From positions 58,218,001 through 58,282,000 of the forward strand of contig OZ241830.1 in assembly GCA_965202585.1 (NCBI GenBank): DNA of 64,000 nucleotides, written 5' to 3'. The position numbers and the translations under genes were made by a program. The notes beneath the pieces were generated by a model. The model had not been told where the DNA came from. It saw nothing but the letters and a program-made list of their open reading frames with translations, and did no database searches. Shown piece by piece: positions 1-14,400 of this stretch. How positions within the stretch are numbered: position 1 is the first letter of the stretch; every line of letters starts with the position of its first letter. The DNA is from Thalia democratica (Eukaryota).

Positions 1-3000
1 AACAAAGTCAATAAACAACGTTTTAGTGTTATTCTAAGAATCTTTTTTTCTTTTTTCTTTTTTTTTTCAGGGGGTTCACAGGAAACCAGTCAAAACACGC
101 CCCTGGTAAGAATCATTACACTTTAGCGCTTATTATTTAGTAACTAGTTTTAAGTCAAATACATATTTTTTTAAATTTTTTTTATTATCAATCGATGCAA
201 ATTTAGCTTTCTTTAAACTTAATTGTAACAACTAATAAGTTTTGGTTCTATTTACTCTAAAGGATAAACTTGTTACAATGTTTAATATAATAAAACACAA
301 TGATTAAACCTAAACCATAATGCTAGACTTTTTGTTTTAGAGTATTATTTTGATACACTATGATTTAGTTTGTAGACCTAACCTAACACATATTTTGAAG
401 TCGTATATGCATTCATAATATATCACAGAACTTTATTCATAATTTCTCAAAAATAAAATAACTTATTTTATTATATAAATTAAATTTATAAACAAAATAT
501 TAAGTAAGTTAAATTTGATCTTTTTTTTTGTATAAACCTTTTCGAATTTTTTTTTTCCTTTAAAACATACTATAAATAATTTTAGTTACTAATGTAGAAG
601 TATAAAGTGATTAAATATATTTTAAAAAGTGATAGTCGAACAATATTATTGATCAATTGAAAATAAATAGTTTTTAAAAATTTAAATTTGTTTTTACCTT
701 GATTTATAACTCAATTAAACTTTAATTATTTTATTTGAAATATAATATATTATTTATTACACAGATTAATAACTTCGGATTCGGACTATTACCATTTATT
801 GTTAAGTCAATTAAGAATCTAATGCATCTATATTAAGTAATTAAAAACAGCTTTCAGTGCGTTTAAAAAAAATTTATTCAAAAAGGTTTTTTTTTAATTC
901 AACGATTGAAAATACTTTATTTAATATTTTATAAGCAATTGGTATTAAAAAAAACTCATATTTAATTAGAAACTATTTAAGTTGTAAATAGTAAAAGAAT
1001 GTTTACATAAAATTTTTATAAACTTTGAAACAATATTATTATCAAAATTGTTTTGAATGTAAACCGACTTGTACTACGTAAAATAAAAAAGAACATATAT
1101 TTAGTTTAGCGCAATGTTTCATTAACTTACTTCTATCAAGTAGACAAATCAAAAACTTATCAGGTTGATCTACTTTTTGTGAACTATATTAGTGTCATTA
1201 AGTTTGATAGCTTATGTGTATCGTTTGTTATTTTACAGTTAGTGTTTATAATGTAATTTTATAACATTTTTTTTACGATTACATAATCTATTAACTTTTG
1301 CCCACTTCAACAGTTGCAATCACTACTAGAAATTTAAATTTGCTATTAAAACAAGTTAAGATTAATAGTGTATAGTTTTGTAAGTTTTTTATAACTATTT
1401 TAAGCTTTACTTACTCACTTTTATTAGAAATTATCTATATTTTACTTTTTGTTGGAGTATTTATTTAAATATCTAGAAACTATAAAAAAATGTTTTATCT
1501 AACATTATGTATATAATAGTAGCTACAAGCATTATACTTGAGTATTCAATGAAAAATCAAATAAATGTATTTGGTATAGGCTATACTGTTTGTGATTACA
1601 TATATCAGAAGACTAGCGTTTGTAAAACCAAATATGTTAATAATAATGCTTCATTTAGAGAGTTCGTCAAACTACGATCGACTGACAAAATCCGACCGCC
1701 AAACAGATACTTCTCTCTCGCGAATTAAATTTTAGCTCAAAATCAACTTGTAGAAAACAGGCTATATTAAGCTTGCTTTTATAATAAAATGTTTAATGCA
1801 TCAAGAGGTTTTTTTAATCTGATCTGCAGAAAACTTTTGTAGTAACTATGATTAGTTATTAGTAAAAAGATTCAAAAAATATTTAAATCTAAGAAAGTAC
1901 CTTTAGATTTAATGTGTTTATTTTACTCTATAATACAGTAAAGTTTGTCTTTCCTTTTTGTTTTAGAATGTTGATAAGATATGCTTTTATTTAGAATGTT
2001 GAAAATCTTAAATTGTAAAATTTTACAAAAATACTAGTAAGTAACTAGTTTAAATTAAACAATCAAATATTAATTTTATAATGTTTATTGAATCAATATT
2101 CCTGTTACTAAATAAGAATTACTTTCGGTAGAAAGAATAAAATATGGTAATAAGTTTTTTATCTTCAACAACTTCATTGAAATAAGCCATTATATGTTCA
2201 AAAAAGTTATTTACATGTAGTTTTTTAATTCTACTCAAAAATCAATCAGACAAAAGTCAAATTTTTTTTTTTGTTTTATATAATATCAGAAAAAATTATT
2301 TCTTGGTTAATTACGTTTTTACTCTCTATTTTTCTTTGTAAGACTAATCAAAGGCAGTGTGTTGACTGGGTGTGAGCTGAGTTTGTTTGGTATTGGTTAT
2401 AGTTTTTGAACTTGCAGTTTTCATTAACTAACTATTTTATTTAAATTTTTCATGTGAGTTTTGTAATTAAGTATGATTATAATTATTTTAGATCTTTATA
2501 AATAATTGTAAGTTTATTTTATAAGTAACAAAACTTTTTGATTATGTGTATAGTTAAAACTAATTTTGTTTGTTTTTACTTTTAAGTGAGATATATTACT
2601 TAATTTATTTATTATTATTTTTTTTTAATAAAAAAAAGATACAGTTGTACATAACAAGTGTGATTTATTTATTTTAATTCTCTTACATGTATCTTGTATT
2701 TATTAATTGGAGAACTGGTTATTGTAACTGAGTAATTTACATAAAAAAAGTAAAAGATTATACTGAATATTTTTTGCTTTTTTGTACTTATAAGCACATA
2801 TGTATGTATATCTTATTAGAATTGGTTATAGTCTACATTTAATGCTTATACTCATGTTTGTTTTTACGTATATAAAAGGAAAAATATATTAGTTATAGCA
2901 ATTTTACCACTTCTCCCTTTCTAATTTATTATTGACTTTTTATTGCATTTTTCAGGGTTGCTCTTTTAGAGAGGGCAACAAGAAAAATAAGAACGTATAT

Positions 3001-4419
3001 GATCTTAAAAATTGAAATCTTTGATAGGAGAGGGTGTGGTGCCCATGGTTGACTATGGTTTTCATAGTTAATATTGGCAGTAATAGGTTTAAAAAAGAGT
3101 GCACACCATTTTTTTCTTTTATAACTAATTTCTTTATTTAATTTCAGTAAAAAAAACAAAATTAATTTATATTGATTTTAAAGCTAAATTTTATTAAAGT
3201 TCTAGTTAAAACTTATCAAAGTTTTTTACAAAATACATGGTGTAAGACTTGATGACCAAAAGGTCTTTTTCCACACCAATTGATTGACCATAGTTGGGAG
3301 CATTCATATTATTTTTTCTTTTTTGTACATTATATATACATTTTTAAAGACATTATGATTATTTCTTTTGTAAAAAGATGTTATCAACATTTAAAAATGA
3401 AATCATAGTATGTATTACTTTACTTGCCTAACTAATAATTAACTTTTATTTATTGAAAAATAAACAAAAGTATTAACTTCTAAATGAGAAGTTTTAGGTC
3501 ACATGTAATAATTTTTTTTGTGTATGTTTCGACCACTGAGTTTTGATCTTGCAAATTTTAACTTAATAATTTAAAGTAAGATTAATCTTAGGTGGTTAAA
3601 GCCTTAAAACTAAAAATCCTCAAATCTCCAAGCAAGTGATTACTAGTTCTATTGAAAAGAAAAAATCAACAATGCATCTATGTGATCCATACTACCAAAA
3701 AAGAACTTATAGTCAATTTTATTTGAAAAATATTAATACTTACTCCCCTCTTCAAAAGAATTCTTATGCAAAAATCAAGCAAGTAAGTTTTAGTATAAAA
3801 AAAGCTTGTAATGTGCTTAAAAAGCAACTAATGAAGTTCAAACAAAGTTTTTTTATTTTTTATTGAATACAAAGTAAAAATTCTTTGGAACATATTTTAT
3901 TAAAAGTACTTATAGAAAATACTTGTAAGGAAAAAATGTTTGTAATTTGTTGTGGTATTTTCTCAACTCCTTTTAATAGAGCCATTTGAAGCAGTGCCTT
4001 ATGAAGTCTAACTGTTTTTTTAACCATAATTTGTTAAGACCAAACATTCAACTATCAAATTATAAAAAAATCTTATATTTACAACAGCTAAATTTACACT
4101 ATACTTAAGTTCTGGCAACTAAACAAACAAAGAAAGTGTTACCAGTATTAAAAAAAAGAGTTCTGAATAAAGAATAAACATTTTTTTTAAATGTCAAACC
4201 TGAGTCATTGTATTGGACTGTCTCATATAAATGTGGAAACTATGGCTTTATACGAGTAACTACATCACACCTAGCAGATAAACAAAACTGAATAATAATT
4301 AGAATGTACAAAATCAAACTAAACTTTTTAAGTGTTTTAGTCATGTAAAAATATTTTGATCTTAAGCATTAGTTAAGTATCTGACGTATTTCTTAAAACA
4401 CTTTTTTTACAAAAATTAA

Positions 4420-5059
4420 CTTTGGCCTTTATATGAAAGCTTTAAATACAAACTACAAGTCAGTTTTTATACAACTAATAAATATCATTTAACATTTAAC
4501 TTTTGATATATTATATTTTTTGTAAAAAGTATCCGATACAAACGTATGGACTGCAAATTTTTTGGGGTCAAATTTTTTTGAAATTTTAAAATTCACTAAA
4601 ATCTATCTCCTCCTTCATTTTTCAAGCAATCTTCTTCAAATTTTCAGGAAGTGTTCCTTATAATAAAAAGAAAAAACGTTACTTATGAATTTTAATAATT
4701 TAAAAAATAAAATTTTATCACAAAAAAAAAAGTTTTTTTTTTTCAAAAAAATAATATTTTTACAAATTTTTTTTAAATTCCAAAGTAAAATTTTTTTGTT
4801 ATTGTATAAAAATTAGACTTTAAAGTTTGAAGAAGATTGCTTGAAAAATGTAGGAGATAGATTTTAAATAAAATAGTCTTTTTTGGCTGTTTTAATTTTC
4901 CCTTCCCATAGGGAACCTATTATGCGGCCCAACTTTGACTGGTCATATCTCAGAAAATAATTTGATATTTTTTAAAAGGATAAAAAGCATCTAGAAGCTT
5001 AGAAAAAACTCTATAAAATAAGATCAACTTGTAAAAAACATGTCCTACCCCCTATGGCC
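4420..5059. mobile_element. 5'-truncated copy of the same Kolobok-like element
   Basis: Shares atgaaagc..aactacaag.cagtttttat and the right end aagatcaacttgtaaa..ccccctatggcc followed by TTAA. Confidence 0.6.
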
Positions 5060-5444
5060 TTAATAGATACAATTTTAATGCCATTAAGTTTTGTTATGTG
5101 ATTTCAAAGTGTCTTCTTCTGAGTAGATATAAATTATAAAAATTTGTGATAAAATTAATTATTTATCATAACTATTATATATATTAATAATCTAAACAAT
5201 AAGTTTTACTTTATGCAAGTTTTTAAATTAAAATCTACTAAATTTTGTGATTTAAATATTTTAGTTTATTTATTTAACTTTAAGCTAATTTTTTTCTAGG
5301 CAGTTATTATTTTTATACATTTTGTTAAGAAAAAAACTATTATGATCTACTATTTTTTATTATTATTAATATTTATAATTGTTTATTATAAACAATTCAT
5401 ATGTCTCATTTTTAAAGCTTATTTAAATAAATATTTTATAAAGT

Positions 5445-8400
5445 ATGTCGTATAAAGAAAAACCCTTCTCAAAAGAGGTGGCAAAGCCAGTACTCTCAGA
5501 ATCAGACAGATTGCGTATAAAGGGTGAAGAGCCTGTCAAGGTTTCCAGAGAAGAATATAAAAAGAAAAAAGAGTTAGAAGAACAAAGAAAGCTTGGAAAT
5601 GCTCCAGCAGAGGTTGATGAAGAAGGAAAGTAAGTGAGATAAAAAATATCAATATAAAAACTATCAACATAAAATATAATATCAATAATTGCTGTATTTG
5701 TTGAATGGAAGTTATCACTTTTTTAGGCTTTGTTTTTTGATAACTAATGTTTAGCTTTTTTATATAATGTCATAGATTTTATGAAATGTAAAAGTACTAT
5801 AAAAGAAAACATGTGTTTTTTAATGAAAAGGTAAGGTAAAAGATGTATAAGAATTTTTATTAAGAATTTATTGAATACTTTTGTTTTTATTTAAACCTAC
5901 ATATTTAAAAATGACAGTTCAAGCATATCAATTATTTTATTTAAAATATAAGAATATTTAAAATCCTTAGATCACAATAAAAAATACTCCCTTTTTTATA
6001 TTTTAAGCACTTGTTTGACAATTTTGTTTTTAGTGATTTTTTTATAAGTCTTTTTATAAAAGTTAAATAATATTTTGGCATAAATAAACTTAATACAAAT
6101 TTGTTTTAAGTAACAACAAGTACTTTTTGAATAAAATAAATTAAGTATGTTTTATTGAACAACAAAAAGAAGCATTTCTCAAAAAACGTATTTAAATTTT
6201 CAATGTTTTAAAATAGAATTTTACAGTTTTTATACAGTTTATACCCAAAGATTTTAAAATACTGTTTATGATCTAGACCAGAGCTGTAAAATGCTAATAG
6301 TTATTGTGCCAAATGAGTACTGAAGGGTACAAACCTTTGTTTGCTTTAAACTAAAATTTCATATCCAAATAATTAAAAAAATTCATTTTAAGAAGTATGA
6401 TCAGACTTTAGGGCTCTTCAATTTATGTAATAAAATTAAAACACCTTAAAAGTTATGGTTTTGAAATTATCATAATAAAACACTACTGTGTCTTAAAGAT
6501 CAAGTTAAGAAAACACTTTAAAATATTTGCTGTAAATATTTGCTGTAAAAATTTTGTTTGTTTTTCAAATATAATTTTCAAGCTAAAAAATACATTGCAT
6601 ACCTACTGTTTGGCGGGCAGGAACCAATGACATGTTGCCTACCTTTATTACAAATAAACAAATTTAAAGTTATGTATATTTTTTAAAGTTTCTATACTTT
6701 GTAAAACTTTCCAATGCCATTGAAAATTGTAGTTAAAGAAGAAAAATAAGTGTGTATTATTAATACCTCTTGTGTATGGCAAATAGTTACTACTACAAGC
6801 ACATCTACAGCAAACTATACTTATTAAATTTTGAAACTTTTTTACATAAAATATATTATTTGTATTTTTAACATATATGTTTAGATTAAAGTTTAAGTAA
6901 AAAAAAGAATACAATCATTCAAGCATTTGTTTTCTTATTTAAATACTAAGCACAAATAAAAGATAATGAAGTGTTTATATATGCTTTTTTTTTTTTTTTT
7001 TTTGATAATTTTAATAAAATAGCTTGTATGTTAGCCTTATAATTTGTTCACATAAAAATGCATGTGGTACCTTTGAAATTTTTTAAGTTGTATATTAGAT
7101 TCAAAATTTTAGACGTTGTATTACACATGTTTATTAAAATTTTAAAATTATGCACATTTAGCATCCTTAGAGTATTTTAAATTTAGTTACAAACTTTAAC
7201 TGTTCAAAATATAGTTTTAATTGTTTGCTAACAAAAGATCCTAGTAAAGTAACTTCACTGGAATATAAATAAAAACAAATTATACAGTAATCTTCCTTTA
7301 TTCTACCAACATATGTTTCTGTGTGTCAACGAATCAACACACTTCAACTGGGTTCTGTAAAAAATAATTACTGTAATAAGAGAATAGAAGCATAGAATAA
7401 AGTAGGCGTATATATGTTTTCATTAAAATAGGATATATTCTACAGATAATAGTTATTAATATGTGAAATACTTAACATTAAATCCGACTGTTATAAAACT
7501 ATATGATATTTGTAATTATTAAGTCTAAAATAAATAAGTAAGCTAAATTACACAACAAAATATATATTTAAAATGAAACAGAAATTATTTAATTTACAAC
7601 ACAGAAACATATGTTGGTAGAATAAAGGAAGATTACTGTATAATTTGTTTTTAGTTACAAACTTTACAACTTTAAAACAAAAGTTTCTATATTTTTGTAA
7701 AACTACCTCTGTGATTTACTAGAAGGGCTTATTAAAGAAACATATAATTAACTAAGCTTTCTATAAAAACTAAAACTTGAAAAAAGTCATATTTTATATA
7801 GATTTATTTTTCTGTTTTACAAATGCAGCCTACGATCTTTTAGAAACTCATTATCTTTTATAATGTATGTGGTTTCTTTGGATAATTTTAAGAAAGTTAA
7901 TTTTAATAAGCCTAGTTGGAGTGACTTTGCAACACAAAAGTTCAAGTTTGTTAGCTTGTGGTGAAAATTAAATAAAAATACTTGAAAATCACTTTTGAAA
8001 AAAATATCGTTTGGTTCGAAGCATTAAATAGGCAGCTTAGGAACAATATTTAAAAAAATAAATTGGCTGATTTTTTTTTAGTTGGTCTGCATTTTTTTTG
8101 TTAAAGCTTCTGTCTAGATTGCTCAACTCAAACAAAATTAGCATTTAAGAGGGACATAGGTTGAATAAATCTGCAATACTTTTTTTATGTACTATGATTC
8201 AATTTTTTTTAAAGGTTCTTGCTTTTAGTTTCAGATAATTTAAGTTACTGAGAATAAAAAAGACAATTCAAAACTATTTTTTAAAAGATAGTTGGAGCAA
8301 TGCAGATTTGTTTAAGCTAAGTTCCTGACATCTAGTAACAAAAAGCTTATCTTCAAAAAATAAATTGTTACTAATGTCACAAAATTTGAGTTTAAATAAA

Positions 8401-11400
8401 TTTTAGTGTTAACCACAAAAAATTAAGTTTACACAACTACTATTTTTAAAAGTAAACAAGTAAAGTTTGTTGTAAAAAGTTTTTTAACTTTTGTTCCTAA
8501 TTCATGTTGCAATGCTTTGTTTCAACTATAAATTATAGAAAATGTTGCATTCTTAACGCAACCGTTGCTGGTTAATTTATTAGCAATATAAACTAAGTTC
8601 ATATTAGAAAAAATTAGAACTTAATATTTTTAAAGGGACATCAACCCCCATATCCCACAGTACATATCCACTGTCCCCTGGTACGTTGATCCCACGCAGA
8701 GAGCGTCACTCAAACACCAGCGCTGTCAGCCGGAGAAGGCCAAGCACTACAGCGGCAACAATGAGTGGTACAACAGGGGAATACCCAGTAACGCGAAAGT
8801 AGCCACCAAGTTTAGGAAGGGCGCGTGTGAGAACTGCGGCTCCATGGGCCACAAGAAGAAGGACTGCCTGGAAGTAAGTATTTTTTATCTATTAGACGTA
8901 TACTTGTTTTTTGATTGATTGCTTTTGGTCTGCTGTTTTGTTTTAGATTTAATTGTTTGATGTTTTTTGACATGTAATAAAATTTTTCAAATTCAATCTT
9001 ATCTACTAATTTATAGTTATACTTTTAGATTTTTAAATAAGCAGATTTGTATTAAAATAAGTAATACACCAACATTTTTTTTAATAAGTGTTTAAGTGAA
9101 ATGTGGTTTTTCTAGACTAAGATTGTTTATAAAAAAATGATTTCGTGAGAAGTGTTTAGTTTAAAACTTGTTTAAAGATTTTGTTGTAAGACATTGAAAT
9201 AATTGTACAACTGTTTTTACAAATCTCTGAATGCAAATACAATTTTAAAACTAACTGCAAGTTTTTGCTTTTAATTATATGAGTGCTGAGCCAACGTTTA
9301 AAACTGCTAAAAATATGTACAATTTTATTTATATGATTGCTATTTAGTCAAGAAAGTCAGTAATTTAGAAATTTTTTTAAATCAGATTTTTTTTTGTAAA
9401 GTTGTAATCTTTCTAACTATATGAATATAATAAATATAATTAAAAAACAAATTGTGCAGTAGTTATTCTTTCCATTAACAACCAACTTGAAGTGTGTTGA
9501 TTTGTTAACACACATAAACATATGTTGGTACAATAAAGGAAGATTACTGTACAATTTGTTTTTATTTATATTCCAGTGAAGTTACTTCACTAGGATCTTT
9601 TGTTAGCAAACGTTTTAACCTATATTTTTGAACAGTTATAATAAATATATGTTTTATGGTTGTTAGTAAATGTAAATTAGCTTTACATTTTTTTATAGTG
9701 AGCTTCTTCACACTTTTTTGACTTTATTATATAGATACGAACATTAAAATAAACTTTTCATATTAAGTTTTAAAATTTACTTCATTGTGTTTTTATTATA
9801 TTTTTACCAACTTTGTTTTATTTTTCACTTAAGTTTTACCAACCATCACTTAATAACTACTAATCTGTAAATTAGATGTTTTAAAATTTTGTATCAAAAA
9901 GCTTTGAACTTTTGAAGAGGGCAATGAATAATCCAACATGACTAATAGATTGTTACGTCATAATACTAAGTTTTTATGCAATTACTAGTTTCGCGCCGAA
10001 TTGACATTACTCTGAAGAAGACTTGGTGCATAAAAAACAATCAAGTCCGAAACACATGTCAAGTAATGTCTGTTTTATGTAGTATATATTTTTCTCTAGT
10101 TTGCCTACAGAGTAAAGGGCACTATAAACCAACTTTAAAACATAACATCATTTTATCTAATTTTTTATACTTTTAGTGTTAAATATCTTAAAACTAAAAA
10201 TATTATCAAAGTAGAAAAATGATTTTTTTTCTAAAACTAAATCCAAGTAGTGTTGTATAAAGTTCTAACTTCATTAAAAGCAAACTTTAATTTATATTGC
10301 ATGTCTCTTGTTTCAGTTTAATTTTTAATTAATTTTAAGTTTATTGTATATAATTTACCTGAATTTTTTTATGTTAGGAAGTGTACTGTTGTTATAAAGC
10401 TACTATGTGTAGGTTTTTGTTTGTTTTAATTTATCAAATTTTTTTGTTGTTTTATTGAAGTTTTCTTCAAAGATTGTTAATTTTCGTTGCTAACAAAACT
10501 ATTGCTTTGTGCTAAATGGTGATTTTTGTTTTAATATCATCTAAAATTTTTAGTAAATAAACATTGTTATTACAATTAGTAAAGGCCATAGGGGGTCCAA
10601 AATTTTTTTTTGGTTATGTATGAAAGCTGAAAGTATAATAAACTACAAGCCAGTTTTTATAGAATATAAAAATTTAATTAATTTCTAAAATAATTTTTTT
10701 TTGTAAAAGTTTCCAATACAAACATATAGACCGCAATTTTTTTCTCGGAAATTTATAAGTTTACCGAAATCTATATTCATTTTTTGAGCTGAAGACCTCA
10801 AATTTCTTGAAAAATTTCAATTACTTATAATTTAAAAGATTTTTAATGTTGCGATTTTAAATTTAAAAAATATAAAATTTTTAGCTAAATTAAAAAAAAA
10901 AATTTTTTTTTTTAACATTTCACTTTTATTAAAAAAAAACTCCTTTAAATCGATTTTAATAACAGCTATATGGACTTCCTGTGAAATTTCGAAGAAAATT
11001 GGTTAAAAAATTAAGAAGATAGACTTTTAGTGAAATAGTCTTTTTTCTCGTTTTTGGTTTGCGCCTTCCTTTTTTTCAAGTGGTTAAAAATGTCTGAAGG
11101 CTCAGATTAAACTCTACAAAATAAGATAAACTTGTAAAGGTCAAGGTGGATCCCCCTATGCCCTTAATCCTGTAGTTACATTTTTAGTCTGATTTTAGGT
11201 TATTTTAAACTTTAAAATAAAGTTATAAATCATCAGTGAAAAAATAAACTTAAACTATTATATAAGCTAAGGAAAATTAAATTTAGAACCATTGTGTTAA
11301 AAAAAGAATATTATTATATAAATAATAACAAAAAAAAAACCTCACAGAGACCGCGCAAAAAAGGCGCCAAATTCACCAACACCAACATCGCTCCCGACGA

Positions 11401-14400
11401 GCTCCAGCAACCAAATTTGAAGCTGGACTTCGAGGGGAAGCGGGACCGGTGGAACGGGTACGACCCCAACAACCACCAGGAAGTCATCGACGAGTACGCC
11501 AAGGTGGAGGTGGCCAAGCAGGTGGTGAAGGCGAACAAGTTGAACAAGGAGTTGCTCAGAGGGGAAATCACCGAAGATAAGGTTGGTTGATCTGTTTGTT
11601 CGTATTTTGAATTTGTTATTTTGGCTGTTGAATTTAGTTTTTATCTAAATTTCTAGAAGTTTATAAAATGATTCGGTTTTTAGTTTGATAATTTAAAAAG
11701 TGTAGTATAATTACTCTTTTTTTTTTTAAATCAAAAATTATAAATATTAAATTTAAAAATATAGAACAAACTTGATATTAAAATTTTAAGCTTTTCTTTG
11801 TTATAGTATTTTTTTCTTGGATTTTCTGAGTTTTTATGATTAAAAGTTGTTTAAGATAAAATAAGGACTTAAAAAAGAGATGGTTTACTCTGTTTTATTA
11901 GTTTACATTAACTTGTTTTACTGTTAGTAATATACATATGCAGAGCTATAGGGAGTAGATTCTAATAACACATTTGGTATGTAGTTAATTATAAAAAGAT
12001 TAAGTTTATGAATAAAATAAAGTAAGATGTCTACCAATTAGTATTAAAAAAGATCTTTCTATAAAAACTATCTTAGCTATCTGTAGCAGCCCCTAATGAA
12101 GTTTGTAGAGTCCCAACTGGTGCTGTAATAATAATGCATCTTGATAAGTAAAGCACAAAAAAGGATTACTATGAATAAATAAAATCAAATTTTTTTGAAG
12201 TAGCACTATATAAGGCTTTCCAAAAAACCTGGATTCCTTGAAAAACCTGGAGTTTGACAGTTTAGGCTAAAAATAATCTGGAGTTTGTGAAAGTTTGAAA
12301 AAAACTAAAAAAAAACCTAGAATTTTAACAACTTTTATATGTTAAATAGGAAATTTTCGATTTGACGCAAAAAATCTATCATATAGATAAAAAATTTGTC
12401 ATCATAATTTTTTTTATTAGAAATCACATTTAAAAAAGCTTTCAAATATTTTTTCAATTTTGACATAATATTTACCACAGTTTTTTACTTTAAACTTGAA
12501 TTTAAACTAAAAATAAACCCAAAAATGTGTACTTTTGAAAACCTGGAGAATATTTGCTAAAAAAATTTTGCAACCCTGTATATAATTTATAAAATAATTT
12601 TCAACATTCTAAACACTATGACGTCACACAGGCGCTGGACGACGACATGCAGGAGGACGAGGACAAGTACGCGGACAAGGTCGACATGCCGGGCACCAAC
12701 TTCGACAGCAAGCACCGCATCACAGTGAGGAACCTGAGGATCAGGGAGGACACCGCAAAGTACCTGAGGAACTTGGACTTGTCATCGGCTCACTACGACC
12801 CCAAGACCAGGTGCCTCGTTTGTTTTATGAATTTAAACTATACGCGAGTAAGCTAAAAATAGTAGAAAAAGTACACATTGCTTTAAAGTATGTTTTAAAC
12901 ATATTTTGGTAAAAACAAATAAAACTGTTTTACTACAAGTAGTTACAATATATTCGCTAAACTTAGCTCTAAGATACTTGTTTTCTTATTGTTTATTTGT
13001 CTTCGATTGTAGTTTAAGTCTAGTTTGTTTAACATTAAACCATCTTTTTCACTTACTTTGTTTTGTGCGAATAAAATAAGCAACATTACTATTATATAAT
13101 AAAAAATATGATTCTTTTTATCGAGCTCGCAGTTGACATTATCTTCTATACCCACATCTATCTGACCCTCAAGCACACTTTCACAGGACGATGCGCATGA
13201 ACCCGTACGAGATGCTGGGCAAGTCGGCGCACGAGCTGGAGTTCGCGGGCGACAACTTCGTGAGGTACACGGGCGACACGCAGGCGATGGCGAACACGCA
13301 GATGTTCGCGTGGCAGGCGGAGGAGAGGGGCCAGAACGTGCACCTGCAGTCGGATCCCACCAGGCTGGAGCTGCTGCAGAGAAATTTCAAAGGTGAAGTT
13401 TAGGTGTTTTGATAAAAATTTATGTGAGTTAGTTAACAATTAGTTTTTTAATATGTTAAAGATCTTGTAGATTAGTTGCGTATTAGAGATCTTTCAGAAC
13501 GCCAGAAAAATGCTTATAATGAGATAAAAAAATTACTGACTTATAATCTACTTATTATAAGAATTAATTTGTTGTTTGTTAAAAAAATTATGAAGTTTTA
13601 TACAATTGTTTGGTTGGCAACATATTTTAAGTCAATTGTGTAACCTCTAGTGCGATTTAGTTAAATTGAACTATAAAAAAATAGTCTATACTCAAATATT
13701 TTTTTAACATTTTTATAACAATGTTTTTCTAAATGTTACCGTAAATATTAGCTTTCTATTTTCTATAAAAACAACTAATTAAGATGGATTATTATTGCAG
13801 TATGTTTTTGATCCTTACAAATTCTAAAATATTTGTGGCTAATTTTTGTAAACTAACCTTTATGAGACTTAAAGTATTAATTAATTAATTAATAGATTAG
13901 TTATATATAAGTCTGTATTTTTCATAAAAGATCTGTGTTGCAAATTTTATAAATTCCTCATGGAAATACCCATCAATTCATTACAGTAATCTTCCTCTCG
14001 ACTACTATTTTTTGAGTTAATAAACTTTAAGTTTAAATTGCGATTTTTCATTTATACTGGTATTTCTTAGGTATGCACTTTTACGAGCAGTTTTTAAAAT
14101 TTAGAAAACTAAATATATAAATTAAAACAACACTCACCTAAACTACTTGAGATCATTGTAGTTGCTTTACTTAATTTTACTTTTTCAATCAATGCAAATA
14201 CTTCAAACAGGAGCCAAAACAAAATTGGAGGAGGAACGCAAAAACCTGCTGGTGGAAAAATACGGAGGAGTAGAATATTTGGAGGCTCCTCCCAAGCAAC
14301 TTTTGTTCGCGCAAACTGAAAATTACATCGAGTATTCCAGAAGTGGAAAAGTCATCAAAGGTTTGTTTCACTGAAAAGTCAATGTAAATTATTTTTAAAC

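Noticed and set aside
61-110. A 35-nt GC-rich segment between AG and GTAAG, a possible micro-exon
   Set aside because: It equally fits a CAGGGGCGT-type MITE end, and no gene context is visible.
1507-1728. ORF ending LRSTDKIRPPNRY, reminiscent of retrotransposon integrase tails
   Set aside because: Too short, with no other supporting motif.
13158-13439. Antisense and alternate-frame ORFs over GC-rich exons (also 11314, 14852, 32257, 32829)
   Set aside because: These are shadows of high-GC3 coding exons.
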